Shown: positions 20,000-29,400 of the stretch, piece after piece
Layout of the letters: every line of letters starts with the position of its first letter
How positions within the stretch are numbered: position 1 is the stretch's first letter
Source of the DNA: Polyangiaceae bacterium
GTDB lineage: Bacteria > Myxococcota_A > Polyangia > Polyangiales > Polyangiaceae
Assembly: GCA_050287085.1 (NCBI GenBank)
Contig: JBNKBE010000014.1
Coordinates: forward strand, 1 to 64,000
Length of the DNA: 64,000 bases
Reading direction: 5' to 3'
Notes under the pieces: generated by a model
What the model was told of the DNA's origin: nothing
The model's input: the letters and a program-made list of their open reading frames with translations, nothing else
Databases searched by the model: none
Position numbers and translations under genes: made by a program

Positions 20000-21961
20000 C
20001 TAGAGATGTAAATCCAACATCAGCGTACGAAGCAACTCCGCGACCGACCATGCCTGGGCGGGACAACCGCCCAGATTGTGGGGAGGGTCGCCACTGGCCA
20101 CCTGGGCTACCTGACCCAGCGCTCTCGGATGGGACATGGCGCCGGCAATGCGGTCGCGGAGCTCGAGCTGCAAGTCAAAGTCGTCGGGCCACAGCCGAAG
20201 GGCAGCGCGAGCATAGGCCCCCAATAGATAGGGCCAGCTAACCCCTTGGTGATAGGCCGCGCGACGAGCGTCCATCGAACCCTCGTAGTAGCCCACGTAG
20301 TGGGGGTCTTCTGGTTCGAGCGTACGCAGCCCGAAAGGAGTGAGCAATCGTTCGCGTACCTGATAGACGATCCGTCGCGCTTGCTCCTCGGTAAAAAGGT
20401 GAGGCGCCACATCGAGCGCGATCAGCGCGTTGGGACGGATGGCTCCGTCCCCACAGTCGGAGTCCTCTTCAGACAGGCAGTCGAAGGGAAACTGAGTCTC
20501 GCGATTCCAGAAGTGGCGTTCGAACGCGGCCGCGTGATCGACCGCGAGCCCGTGCGCCTTGAGCGCGAGCTCGCCCGCGCCGAGACGTTCGGAGACGTCC
20601 TCGAGAATGTGAAGTCCCTGATTCCACAGTGCCTGAATCTCAACGGCAATGCCATGACGCGGTGTGACCAGTCCATCCTCGAGTCTCGAATCCATCCACG
20701 TTGCGGCACCCTTGGCGCTTCTGGCAACCAGCAATCCTTCCCTCGAAAGCCAGCACGGCTCTCCGTGCGCACTCGCGATTCGCATCACCGTATCTCGCAG
20801 CCGAGGGAACAGTTCCTCCCGCACGAAGGGGTCAGCATAACCCACGTGCTCGATCAATTGGCGAGCAGCCTCAAACAGCCAGAGCGTGGCGTCCACGCTG
20901 ATAACGCGGTGCGCAGAATCCTCCTCAAGCTGGCCCCCAAGCAAGAACCCATCCTGAGAGTGCTGCAGCGTCTCGCGAAGCACGGATATCGCCTCTTGCA
21001 CATGACCCGTTGCCAGGTACAGACCCTGCAGCGAAATCAGCGTATCTCGGGTGTGTACACCCAGCCATGGGTAGCCTGCAATCGTAGCCGGATGCGCACA
21101 ATTCGTTGCTCTAAACTGTTCAGCTGCGACACACAAGACTCGCACAGGAACGGAGTGTTTGGTTCCTGGATCCTGACTTCGCACGAACTCGGCAGCTTCC
21201 GCCATCCGTGCCGCCGGCTCCAACGGTCTCTCTGTTCCGACGGAAAATGAGACATAGGTCGGCTCACCCGGTATCAGGTCGAGCTCAAGAACACCTGGCG
21301 TCCACAGATCTTCCTGGTAGTGCGCACTGCGCCGCTGGTCCTCAGGATACTCAAACCGTCGCCACCAATCCGGAGAGCCAACAAAGGTGCCACTGTGCCC
21401 AATCACGACGGCAGGCAACTCGCGCACCGGCTGCATCCGCACCTCCTGCTGCCGCAGGACCACCTTCTGAATCAGTCCGCCATGCTCGCTCCGTAGGTCG
21501 TGGATCGGACGCATCGGGAGCAGCGGGCGAAGCGTAAGCGAGACCGCAGACTTGCCGTACCACGTGTACGACAAGATTGCGGAGTTCTCCCCTCGCACCA
21601 AGCACAAGGAACGCTCCAGGTCGTACTTTCCGAGACGATAGGTCCAACGCGGGAGAGGGTCTTGCGCGAACTGATGCAAGAGCCGATAGCCGGGAGTCGG
21701 CGCGACATCCGGAAACTGATGGGTTGCGAGCTGATACCGACGCTCCCCGACGCGGACGCTCGTTTCTGCATGGCTGACAATGACGTGTCGCGACAGCGGC
21801 GGATCGAGCGCCGCTACCAACAAGCCATGAAAGCGCCGGGTGTGCATCAACGCGACAGTGCTCATCGCGTAGGCCCCCGCGCCATTCGTGTGCAGCCACT
21901 CCCCCTCCGCTGGTTCCAAACGCCCGCGAGTTGGAACCTTCGGCCACACCTTCGAAATCAC
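20000..21961 (-). CDS. Amylo-alpha-1,6-glucosidase / glycogen debranching enzyme family protein (GDE_N + GDE_C)
   Basis: EWLHTNGAGAYAM, IAGYPW, VDATLW, TWMD, RPN, YHQG, GCPAQAWS. Confidence 0.9.
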   Translation of the reverse strand: MISKVWPKVPTRGRLEPAEGEWLHTNGAGAYAMSTVALMHTRRFHGLLVAALDPPLSRHVIVSHAETSVRVGERRYQLATHQFPDVAPTPGYRLLHQFAQDPLPRWTYRLGKYDLERSLCLVRGENSAILSYTWYGKSAVSLTLRPLLPMRPIHDLRSEHGGLIQKVVLRQQEVRMQPVRELPAVVIGHSGTFVGSPDWWRRFEYPEDQRRSAHYQEDLWTPGVLELDLIPGEPTYVSFSVGTERPLEPAARMAEAAEFVRSQDPGTKHSVPVRVLCVAAEQFRATNCAHPATIAGYPWLGVHTRDTLISLQGLYLATGHVQEAISVLRETLQHSQDGFLLGGQLEEDSAHRVISVDATLWLFEAARQLIEHVGYADPFVREELFPRLRDTVMRIASAHGEPCWLSREGLLVARSAKGAATWMDSRLEDGLVTPRHGIAVEIQALWNQGLHILEDVSERLGAGELALKAHGLAVDHAAAFERHFWNRETQFPFDCLSEEDSDCGDGAIRPNALIALDVAPHLFTEEQARRIVYQVRERLLTPFGLRTLEPEDPHYVGYYEGSMDARRAAYHQGVSWPYLLGAYARAALRLWPDDFDLQLELRDRIAGAMSHPRALGQVAQVASGDPPHNLGGCPAQAWSVAELLRTLMLDLHL

Positions 21962-22854
21962 CGATGCTCCTGATCGCTATCAAACAATGCGCGGCTCGCA
22001 GCGGCCATCATGGCATCGCGTTCCGGTGCGACTCCGAGCCACAGCTCAATCGCTAGCGCGGCCTGTTCCACCAACATGGACAGCCCGCCTTCGGCGGCGA
22101 GTCCACGCCTGCGCGCCCGTTCAAGAAAGGGCGTAACCGGAGGATTGTAGACCGCGTCGTAGCAAAATGCGGTGGGTTTCAGCGCCGACCAGGGCACGAC
22201 GGCACACACGGACTCGCCGTCCCCAACGCCCAGCATTCCGGCGCTCGACGCCTGCACGATGGCGTCCGCTTCCGGCGCGACGTCAAGCGTACCGAGTTCG
22301 TTCGCCGGAGCATCACCCCAATACACCGGAAGAACACCACGAGCCCGAAACTCAGACGCAGCAGGCCAGGGGTCTGTCTGCGGCACGTAGCGGCGTGTGC
22401 TCACCCAGACGCGTTCGGCACCCGCTAGCTGTGCGGCGACGACTGCCGCCAACGCCGCGCCCCCACCTCCTAGCACGAGCACCGACTTCGGAGTGACCCG
22501 CGCTCCCAGCTTGATACGTTGAGCCAAGGCAGGCGCATCGGTGTTGTGTGCCGTTACCCTGCCTGCGGGGTCGACCACCAATACGTTGGCCGCCCCGATG
22601 CGCTGTGCGCTCGGCGCCACCGCATCGGCTAGCTCGAGAGCCAAGCGCTTGTGTGGAATGGTGACGTTGGCTCCCTGCACCAAGCCCGAACGCAATTCCT
22701 CAAAGACTCTTTCTACCGAGCTCGGGTCCGGGCAATCCAGCGCGCGATAGGTCGCGGACACCCCAGCCTGCTTGTAGGCTGCCGCATGCAATGCGGGAGA
22801 TACGGAATGACCTACGGGATGTCCAATCAATACGAAACGAGCGACTGCAGTCAC
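21958..22854 (-). CDS. aroE: Shikimate dehydrogenase
   Basis: GHSVSP, GANVTIPHK, HNTD, GGGGAA, DAVYNP, MLVEQA. Confidence 0.92.
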   Translation of the reverse strand: MTAVARFVLIGHPVGHSVSPALHAAAYKQAGVSATYRALDCPDPSSVERVFEELRSGLVQGANVTIPHKRLALELADAVAPSAQRIGAANVLVVDPAGRVTAHNTDAPALAQRIKLGARVTPKSVLVLGGGGAALAAVVAAQLAGAERVWVSTRRYVPQTDPWPAASEFRARGVLPVYWGDAPANELGTLDVAPEADAIVQASSAGMLGVGDGESVCAVVPWSALKPTAFCYDAVYNPPVTPFLERARRRGLAAEGGLSMLVEQAALAIELWLGVAPERDAMMAAASRALFDSDQEHR

Positions 22855-24233
22855 TGGTCCTCCATCTTCTTTACCGATGCAACAAGGGAACCGCGGGACA
22901 AGCGTACGCGAAGCTCGTCACCCACCGCGACGTCACTGGCTGAGGTCACCGCGCGACCGTCGGGGCCCAGCGTGATGGAATAGCCCCGAGCAAGAATCGC
23001 AACCGGCGACAAAGCTCCAAGCTGCGCGAGTCGGTTATCCAGCCGCGACCGCCCCACTCCGAGGCGTTGAACCACCGCCTGCCGTAGGCGCAACTCCAGG
23101 GGCACCAGCCGGCTGCGTTCCGTGGCCAGTACCGTACTCGGGTGGCGTCGCTCGAGACGCTTGATCACGGCTTCAAGTCGCGAACGCTGCGTGGTCGAGT
23201 GTCGCTGCATCCCTCGCTCGATGGAGCGCCAGAGTTCATCCAGATCCTGCTGTCGGAGTGCGATTAGAAAGCGAGGATCGCTCAATCGCGAAGCAAAGCG
23301 GAAACGGACAGCGCGGTCGTCTTCAATACGTCGCTGCATGGCTTGCCGCAGACGCAGAGTCTGATGCGACAATGCCGTCACGAGCGCGTGTTCATCCGGC
23401 ACCGCGAGCTCCGCCGCCTCCGAGGGCGTCGCGGCGCGCCGATCAGCTACTAGGTCAGTCAGCCCCGTGTCGATCTCGTGTCCCACGGCACTGATGACCG
23501 GAACCCGAAACCGCGACAGGCGTCGCACGATGCGCTCATCATTGAACGCCATCAGATCCTCGAAGGAGCCCCCTCCTCGACCAATGATAAGGACCTCGAT
23601 AGCTGGATGCCGTTCTATCAAGTCGAGGGCTGCCAGCAGACTGGAAACAGCGCCGTCCCCCTGCACAAGCGCAGGAGCCAGGACGACATGCGTCGATGCA
23701 CGGCGACGAATGACCGCACAAATGTCACGAAATGCGGCGCCATGAGCGCTCGTAACGACCCCCACGCACCTCGCGCGAGCGGGCAGCGGACGTTTGCGTT
23801 CTGCCGCGAACAGACCTTCAGCAAAGAGCTTGGCCTTTAGCGCTTCGAGCGCCTCTAGCAATGCGCCTCGACCAACGGGCTGTAGCCGCTCAGCAACGAG
23901 CTGCAGGCGGCCCCGCGGTGCCCAAATGGTGGCTCGCCCGAGCAGCTGTACGCGCGCGCCATCGCGCAAGTGATGGCGCGAACGCTGCGCTGCCATCCGA
24001 TACATCACGCAATCGATCGCGGCGTCCACCCGCTCGTCTTTGAGCGTGAAGTAGGCGTGGCCGCTGGCGGCGATCCGCAGGCCGCTGATCTCCCCCTGCA
24101 CCCACTCCCGTCCAGTCGCCTGCTCCACGGCTCCCTTGAGGCGACGGTCCAACTCCGCTACGGAAATAACGGGCAGCTGTCCGTTCGAGAGCCGGAGACC
24201 TTGAGAGGCGAAGTTGTCGTCGGAGGCGGGCAC
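22851..24233 (-). CDS. xseA: Exodeoxyribonuclease VII large subunit
   Basis: GEISG..SGHAYFTLKD OB fold, RGGGSFEDL, SAVGHEID, ATPSEAAE, LARGYS; start uncertain. Confidence 0.95.
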   Translation of the reverse strand: MPASDDNFASQGLRLSNGQLPVISVAELDRRLKGAVEQATGREWVQGEISGLRIAASGHAYFTLKDERVDAAIDCVMYRMAAQRSRHHLRDGARVQLLGRATIWAPRGRLQLVAERLQPVGRGALLEALEALKAKLFAEGLFAAERKRPLPARARCVGVVTSAHGAAFRDICAVIRRRASTHVVLAPALVQGDGAVSSLLAALDLIERHPAIEVLIIGRGGGSFEDLMAFNDERIVRRLSRFRVPVISAVGHEIDTGLTDLVADRRAATPSEAAELAVPDEHALVTALSHQTLRLRQAMQRRIEDDRAVRFRFASRLSDPRFLIALRQQDLDELWRSIERGMQRHSTTQRSRLEAVIKRLERRHPSTVLATERSRLVPLELRLRQAVVQRLGVGRSRLDNRLAQLGALSPVAILARGYSITLGPDGRAVTSASDVAVGDELRVRLSRGSLVASVKKMEDQ

Positions 24234-24542
24234 TGACGCGTTGGGGACGGATAGAAACGGCAAACCTTGGAGCAGCGCGCAGGCTGCCACACGGCTATGT
24301 TTAGCACTTATAGCAGCTACCTCGCCCGCCAAAGACGCTTCCGCAGAGACGTCCCCAATGCCCGGCGCTGAGTTTTCGCGCCGGGGCATTGGCCGAACTA
24401 GCGCCCGGGTGCCATACTGAAAGGACGCTGGCATGCGCCCAACGCGGCAGAGTCGGTCGGGACCCCCGATGGGGATTTCCTGCGCGATGCGGCTGCGCAC
24501 CAAGCCGTCAGGCACGACTGCGTCCAATTCACTTGAGGCAGA

Positions 24543-26336
24543 TTGAACGACTTCATCTACGCCAACCTCGGCTCCCCTCAGAGCAAGTCATCACCGTATC
24601 GCCGCGGGTCCTCAGACTCGTTCGGTTCTGGACCAGGGGGCAGGCAGTTTCAAGGCATCCGCCGCGCCACGGGGCTACTCATAGTATCGCTGGCAACCTG
24701 GCTCAGCGCTTGCAAACACCCGAATGAGCCAATACCCCAACCGTCGCTACCGGGGCCCACGCTCACCCACCCCACGCCCACCCCGCCGGCCGTCATACCC
24801 GCGGAGGCGACGCGCCGCGCCTGCGAGCGCAAGCTGCGCGCCGTCCTCGCTGAACCTGAGCTGCCGGGGGCAGCGGCATTCGAAGAGCGACGCTTCGAAA
24901 TACTGACAGCGGCAAAGGCGGAGCCGGTCCTGCTCACCCGGGTGCCGCAATACACGACGCCTAATGAGAAGGCGAGCGTCGCCGTCCGAAGCTTCAGAAC
25001 GCTGCTCACCTCGACCACGCACCCTTGGGACGTGGTTCACAAGCTGCTTCCGCATTTTCTGCAGTTCCCACAGGACGGCCGCGAAACGCTGCTACGTGAA
25101 GGTTACCTCTACGCGGATGCCCCAGAGCTAGCCTTCGCTTTGGTCAGCCAGGTCAATGCAGAGCATCTATTTGGACACCAGCGCATCTGGATTCAGCGCG
25201 GCCACGCGCTTTACCATGCCGAACGAAAGCGAGGCCGCTACCACTTCGTCGACGGCCCCAACGCCGGCGAGCAGGTGCGCCTGCTGCTGCTCGATCGCCT
25301 GGGGTTCGGAGAAGTACCCGGTGACGCCCTGGTCCGCGACCTCCGCTCGCTCCGCTATCAGGAGGGCTTTCGCGAGGCCGTCGTGCGACGCATGACCGCA
25401 GACCACATGATAGCCAACCTCAAATACGGGCCGTACGCGGTACCGACCGTACTGCGCAATCACGGCGCAGAGCTGTACGTCGACTGCGAAATCATCGACA
25501 AGTCGCTCGTCGATGAAGTTCGTACAACCAAGGCATTCGTGCGACGCCGGCAAGTCGCAATGCGCGCCTTGCAGAGCACGATGGCTCTGCAGGTCGAAGA
25601 TCAGCTGCCCTTCGACGAACCACGGCATGAGTGGGGACTGCAACTCGACGGCGCTCTGAGGCGCAACTGGAGAGCGGCCTACTTTGGGCACAAGACCTGG
25701 TTTGCGTTCAACGGGGACCGCTACGAGGTATTCAACAGGCACGGCCGCGCCGCCGTACCCGAGGTCTGTGTGGACTTCCTCACGGACACGTTGGAGCGCG
25801 CAAGCGGCACTTGGTGGGCCACTCGGGGCGAGAAGCCGGCCCTGAATATGGGCCGCTTCGACTTCAATTCGCGGGACGTCCACGAACGTGCCAAGATGCG
25901 GCGCGTGCCGGAGTTCGTCGAATACGCCTTCGATCACCCGGGGCTCTTCGACGTCATGGCCGTACCAGAGTCGGCACGCATTGAACTGGGAGACGATGAA
26001 GCCTTTGCGGGCTACCTGCTCCGAGAACGCCGTGAGTACCAGCCTGGTGATATCGTCGTCATCCGCGGACCGGTGCCGTGGGATCCACGAGAGCTGCACT
26101 ACCACTCGTTCTTCATCTACGAGACGGACCCCCTCACCGGCGCACCGATCGCGCTCATTGGAAACGCCGGGAGGCCAACGGTACGCAACTGGTCAGTCGA
26201 AGCCCGACGCTCCCCCCAACGATCGATTTGGTATCGTCTCCGACCACAAACGGCCTGGATCGAATCCATCTTGCCGCCAGGGCTCGAATACGACGAGAGC
26301 CCCCCGCCGCTGTCGCCGATGGGCAACGCCGGCTAG
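24543..26336 (+). CDS. Lipoprotein, C-terminal region with NlpC/P60-like Cys/His motifs
   Basis: Lipobox LSAC, Pro-rich linker, VCVDF and YQPGDIV...HYH; true start probably downstream of the listed one. Confidence 0.7.
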   Translation: MNDFIYANLGSPQSKSSPYRRGSSDSFGSGPGGRQFQGIRRATGLLIVSLATWLSACKHPNEPIPQPSLPGPTLTHPTPTPPAVIPAEATRRACERKLRAVLAEPELPGAAAFEERRFEILTAAKAEPVLLTRVPQYTTPNEKASVAVRSFRTLLTSTTHPWDVVHKLLPHFLQFPQDGRETLLREGYLYADAPELAFALVSQVNAEHLFGHQRIWIQRGHALYHAERKRGRYHFVDGPNAGEQVRLLLLDRLGFGEVPGDALVRDLRSLRYQEGFREAVVRRMTADHMIANLKYGPYAVPTVLRNHGAELYVDCEIIDKSLVDEVRTTKAFVRRRQVAMRALQSTMALQVEDQLPFDEPRHEWGLQLDGALRRNWRAAYFGHKTWFAFNGDRYEVFNRHGRAAVPEVCVDFLTDTLERASGTWWATRGEKPALNMGRFDFNSRDVHERAKMRRVPEFVEYAFDHPGLFDVMAVPESARIELGDDEAFAGYLLRERREYQPGDIVVIRGPVPWDPRELHYHSFFIYETDPLTGAPIALIGNAGRPTVRNWSVEARRSPQRSIWYRLRPQTAWIESILPPGLEYDESPPPLSPMGNAG

Positions 26337-26402
26337 CTCGGCGTTCGAAAACGCGACCGGAACCGAGCGGCCTCGCTCAGGTCCCGGCAGGCTATCCGGT
26401 TC

Positions 26403-27281
26403 TCAGTCCTCCGGCGTCACGATGATTTCGACACGTCGGTTGTTCGCTCGGCCTTCCGACGTCGAGTTGTCGCTCACCGGTCGCGACTCCCCCAGGCCAA
26501 CGGCCGATATCAGTGACGGGTCAATACCCTGGCTGACCAAGTGGGAGCGAACCGCGTTGGCACGCATCTCACTCAAGCGCAGGTTGGCCCCCTCGGCGCC
26601 CCGAGCGTCCGTATGCCCTTCAACCACGAGGCGTTTGAACCCCTGATCCTTCAACGCACTCGCAACCTCGTTGAGCTTCTGCTGGGCAATCGGAAGGAGC
26701 TGATACTTGCCCGTAGCAAATAGCACAGACCCCGATAGGGTGATGACGATACCCCGCTTTTCCTCCTTGACGCTCGCCAATTGCTGCAAGCTCTCCATGG
26801 CGGCAGCGGCGCGCTTCTCAGCCTCCAAGCGCTTCGCACGCTCGCTTTCCAGCGCCTCCTTGGTGGCCTGCATATCGCGACGAGTACCTTCGAGGTCCTT
26901 GCGCGCTTGCGACAGACTGCGCTCGGTGAAGCGCTGATACTCCTCACGCGCCTTACGCTGATCTTCGAGAGCACGAGCGCGCTCTTGATTGGCTTGGCTC
27001 AGCTGTCCGGCGGCGTCAGCCAACTGAGCTTGACGCTCAGCCAGGTAGGACAAGTCCGGAATCTCCTCGTCCTCACCATCGCGGAAGGCCTCTTCTGCGG
27101 ACTGAAGTGCCTGCTTTGCGGTCTCCAACTCGGCCAGAGCCAGCTTTGACGCTGGACCCGCCTTGGCTTTTGCAAACGCGTCGCGAGCGTCCTGTAACTC
27201 ACGGGGCGCGATATCCGAGGCACACCCGGTCCCGAGCCCCAGTAGCAAAGAACCGATTACCCAAATGCTCGTATGCTTCAT
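26403..27281 (-). CDS. DUF4398 + coiled coil + OmpA-like peptidoglycan-binding lipoprotein
   Basis: Lipobox GTGC, VEGHTD, N.RLS..RA, NRRVEI. Confidence 0.93.
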   Translation of the reverse strand: MKHTSIWVIGSLLLGLGTGCASDIAPRELQDARDAFAKAKAGPASKLALAELETAKQALQSAEEAFRDGEDEEIPDLSYLAERQAQLADAAGQLSQANQERARALEDQRKAREEYQRFTERSLSQARKDLEGTRRDMQATKEALESERAKRLEAEKRAAAAMESLQQLASVKEEKRGIVITLSGSVLFATGKYQLLPIAQQKLNEVASALKDQGFKRLVVEGHTDARGAEGANLRLSEMRANAVRSHLVSQGIDPSLISAVGLGESRPVSDNSTSEGRANNRRVEIIVTPED

Positions 27282-27300
27282 GCGTTCTCCTCGACGACGC

Positions 27301-27666
27301 TCAGTTGGATTCCAGCTGTCGACGTCGCAGCTCTTCGACTTCATCCAATGCAGCCTTCGCTTCTTGGCGGGCACCGTTCACGCGTGCCAGAGCCAGGGCC
27401 AGTTCCGCGTCTACCTCTGCTCGATCGAGCAAGGCCGCCGCTAGTTCGTTCTCCTCTTCGTCGATCAGCTCATTCGCTTCGGCAATCTGATCGCGCGCGT
27501 ACTTGAGATGCAGCGCAGCCTTCGGATTGTCTTCGGCCCCACCTACCTCGGCCGCGCGCACCGCGGCCTTCGCGGCGGTCAGTTTTTCCTGGGGGAGTGC
27601 GGCGCCACCACACGCCGAGAGCACGACGGCAAGGCCACCCACAAGGGCGAAGTTCTGGACATTCAT
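27301..27666 (-). CDS. DUF4398-family lipoprotein
   Basis: Lipobox LSAC, AVRAAEVGGA, RAEVDAELALA; usual partner upstream of the OmpA gene. Confidence 0.88.
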   Translation of the reverse strand: MNVQNFALVGGLAVVLSACGGAALPQEKLTAAKAAVRAAEVGGAEDNPKAALHLKYARDQIAEANELIDEEENELAAALLDRAEVDAELALALARVNGARQEAKAALDEVEELRRRQLESN

Positions 27667-27836
27667 GTTTCTCGAGAAGCCTCCTGAGGCGGGCACTATA
27701 CACGGCGAGGCCCAGGGCACCAGCCCAGCCTGGCCCAAAACCCGTGTTCAGGAGGCCAACCCGAAGGTCAGTCCGTTGGGGTCGTGCCAACTTGAACATC
27801 AACGGTGCGATAGAAAAAATCGAGCCGGACTCGACT

Positions 27837-27861
27837 CGCGACCCCGCGGCCTGGGGTCGCG
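27837..27861. promoter_or_regulatory. 9-bp inverted repeat in a divergent intergenic region
   Basis: CGCGACCCC-N7-GGGGTCGCG between the DUF4398 and MATE genes. Confidence 0.3.
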
Positions 27862-27943
27862 TCAGCCGGTCCAGCGCCCAGCCGAAAACGACCAAGCCCC
27901 TTGGCGTGGGTTGGAGACCTGACGTACGGCCCGAGCGCCACCC

Positions 27944-29299
27944 ATGGTGTCCCTGCTCCCCGTCCACTCTGACCTGCCGCTGCGCAAGCGCTACGCGTTG
28001 GTCATATCGAGAGCGCTCCCGATCGTGTTCGGCATGGTGTCGCAGAATGTGCTCAACCTCGTGGACACGTGGATGGTCGGAATGACCGGCAACGCGTCGC
28101 TCGCGGCTGTAGCCACGGGGGGCATGGTGAACTTCCTCGCCATCGCCGCGCTCATGGGACTCTCGGTAGGCGTCCAGGCGCTTGCAGCGCGCCGCCACGG
28201 CGAGCAGAGGCGCGACCAGACGGCCTCATCGCTCAATAGCGCGCTGATCGTCTCGGTGATAGTGGGAGCCCCCCTCACCGCGCTCCTCGTTCCACTATCT
28301 GGGATAATCTTCGCGCATCTCAACCCTGATCCTGAAGTCGTAAGCATTGGCAGCGCCTACTTGTCGGCCCGTCTATGGGTTATCGTCCCGGCGAGCTTGA
28401 ATCTCGCGTTCCGTGGCTATTGGAATGGAACAAATCGTTCGCGGCTCTATCTGAAGACCCTTCTCGTCATTCATGCCGCGAACATCATCCTGAACTACGT
28501 CCTCATATTCGGGCACTTCGGATTCGCGGCGCACGGCGCGGTAGGAGCGGGCATTGCAAGCGCCATCGCCACCTGTCTTGGAACCCTGTACTACTTTCAG
28601 CTGGGGTTTCGCCACGCCCGCGACAACGGATTTCTGCGGCAATGGCCGCGAGCGCATGAGATTCGTCAAGTGCTTTCGCTTGCGCTCCCTACATCGCTGC
28701 AGCAGTTCCTCTTCGCGGGCGGCTTCACGGCGCAGTTCTGGATTATTGGCAAATTAGGAACCACCGAGACTGCGGCTGCCAGCGTCCTCATCAACCTCAT
28801 GTTGGTGGTCGTGCTGCCCGGACTGGCCCTCGGCATCACCGCTACCTCACTCGTTTCCCAGTCGCTTGGCCAAGGTTCGGCGCGCGATGCCTATCGCTGG
28901 GGTTGGTACGTGGCCCAGGTCGCTTTCATGACCGCGGCGGCATTGGGGCTGCTGATGTGGTGCATCCCGAACGCCGTACTGTCTCCATTCTTGCACGACC
29001 CACAAGCGCTCGCGGTCGCGCGCAGCCCGCTGCGTGTGTTTGCAAGCATCATCGCGCTGGACGCGGTGGGCACGGTGCTGCAACAAGCACTCCTGGGAGC
29101 CGGTGACAATCGCAAAGTCATGCTCGTCTCGGTGATATGCCAATGGGGCCTGTTCTTGCCGGCGGCCTACCTACTCGGCCCGGGGCTCGGATACGGCCTG
29201 CTTGCCGTGTGGTATGCGCACGCTGGCTACCGGGTCGTTCAGGGGGGCGTCTATGTGTGGATGTGGCACAGACGAGCCTGGACCACGATTCGTTTGTAG
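27944..29299 (+). CDS. MATE-family efflux transporter
   Basis: About 12 TM, NLVDTWMVG, NIILNYVLIFGHFG..GAVGAGIAS. Confidence 0.93.
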   Translation: MVSLLPVHSDLPLRKRYALVISRALPIVFGMVSQNVLNLVDTWMVGMTGNASLAAVATGGMVNFLAIAALMGLSVGVQALAARRHGEQRRDQTASSLNSALIVSVIVGAPLTALLVPLSGIIFAHLNPDPEVVSIGSAYLSARLWVIVPASLNLAFRGYWNGTNRSRLYLKTLLVIHAANIILNYVLIFGHFGFAAHGAVGAGIASAIATCLGTLYYFQLGFRHARDNGFLRQWPRAHEIRQVLSLALPTSLQQFLFAGGFTAQFWIIGKLGTTETAAASVLINLMLVVVLPGLALGITATSLVSQSLGQGSARDAYRWGWYVAQVAFMTAAALGLLMWCIPNAVLSPFLHDPQALAVARSPLRVFASIIALDAVGTVLQQALLGAGDNRKVMLVSVICQWGLFLPAAYLLGPGLGYGLLAVWYAHAGYRVVQGGVYVWMWHRRAWTTIRL

Positions 29300-29400
29300 T
29301 CGTTGCTACGGTTGGCCCGTTAGCCGCCGCCCCGGACAGGATTGACTCGGCCGTTGCTTGACTGATTGCTGCGCTTGACCGCAGCTGGAATACTGACTCC

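Noticed and set aside
27781..27790. Sigma-54 promoter (TTGGCACG on the minus strand) for the DUF4398-OmpA genes
   Set aside because: No TTGC -12 element at the required spacing
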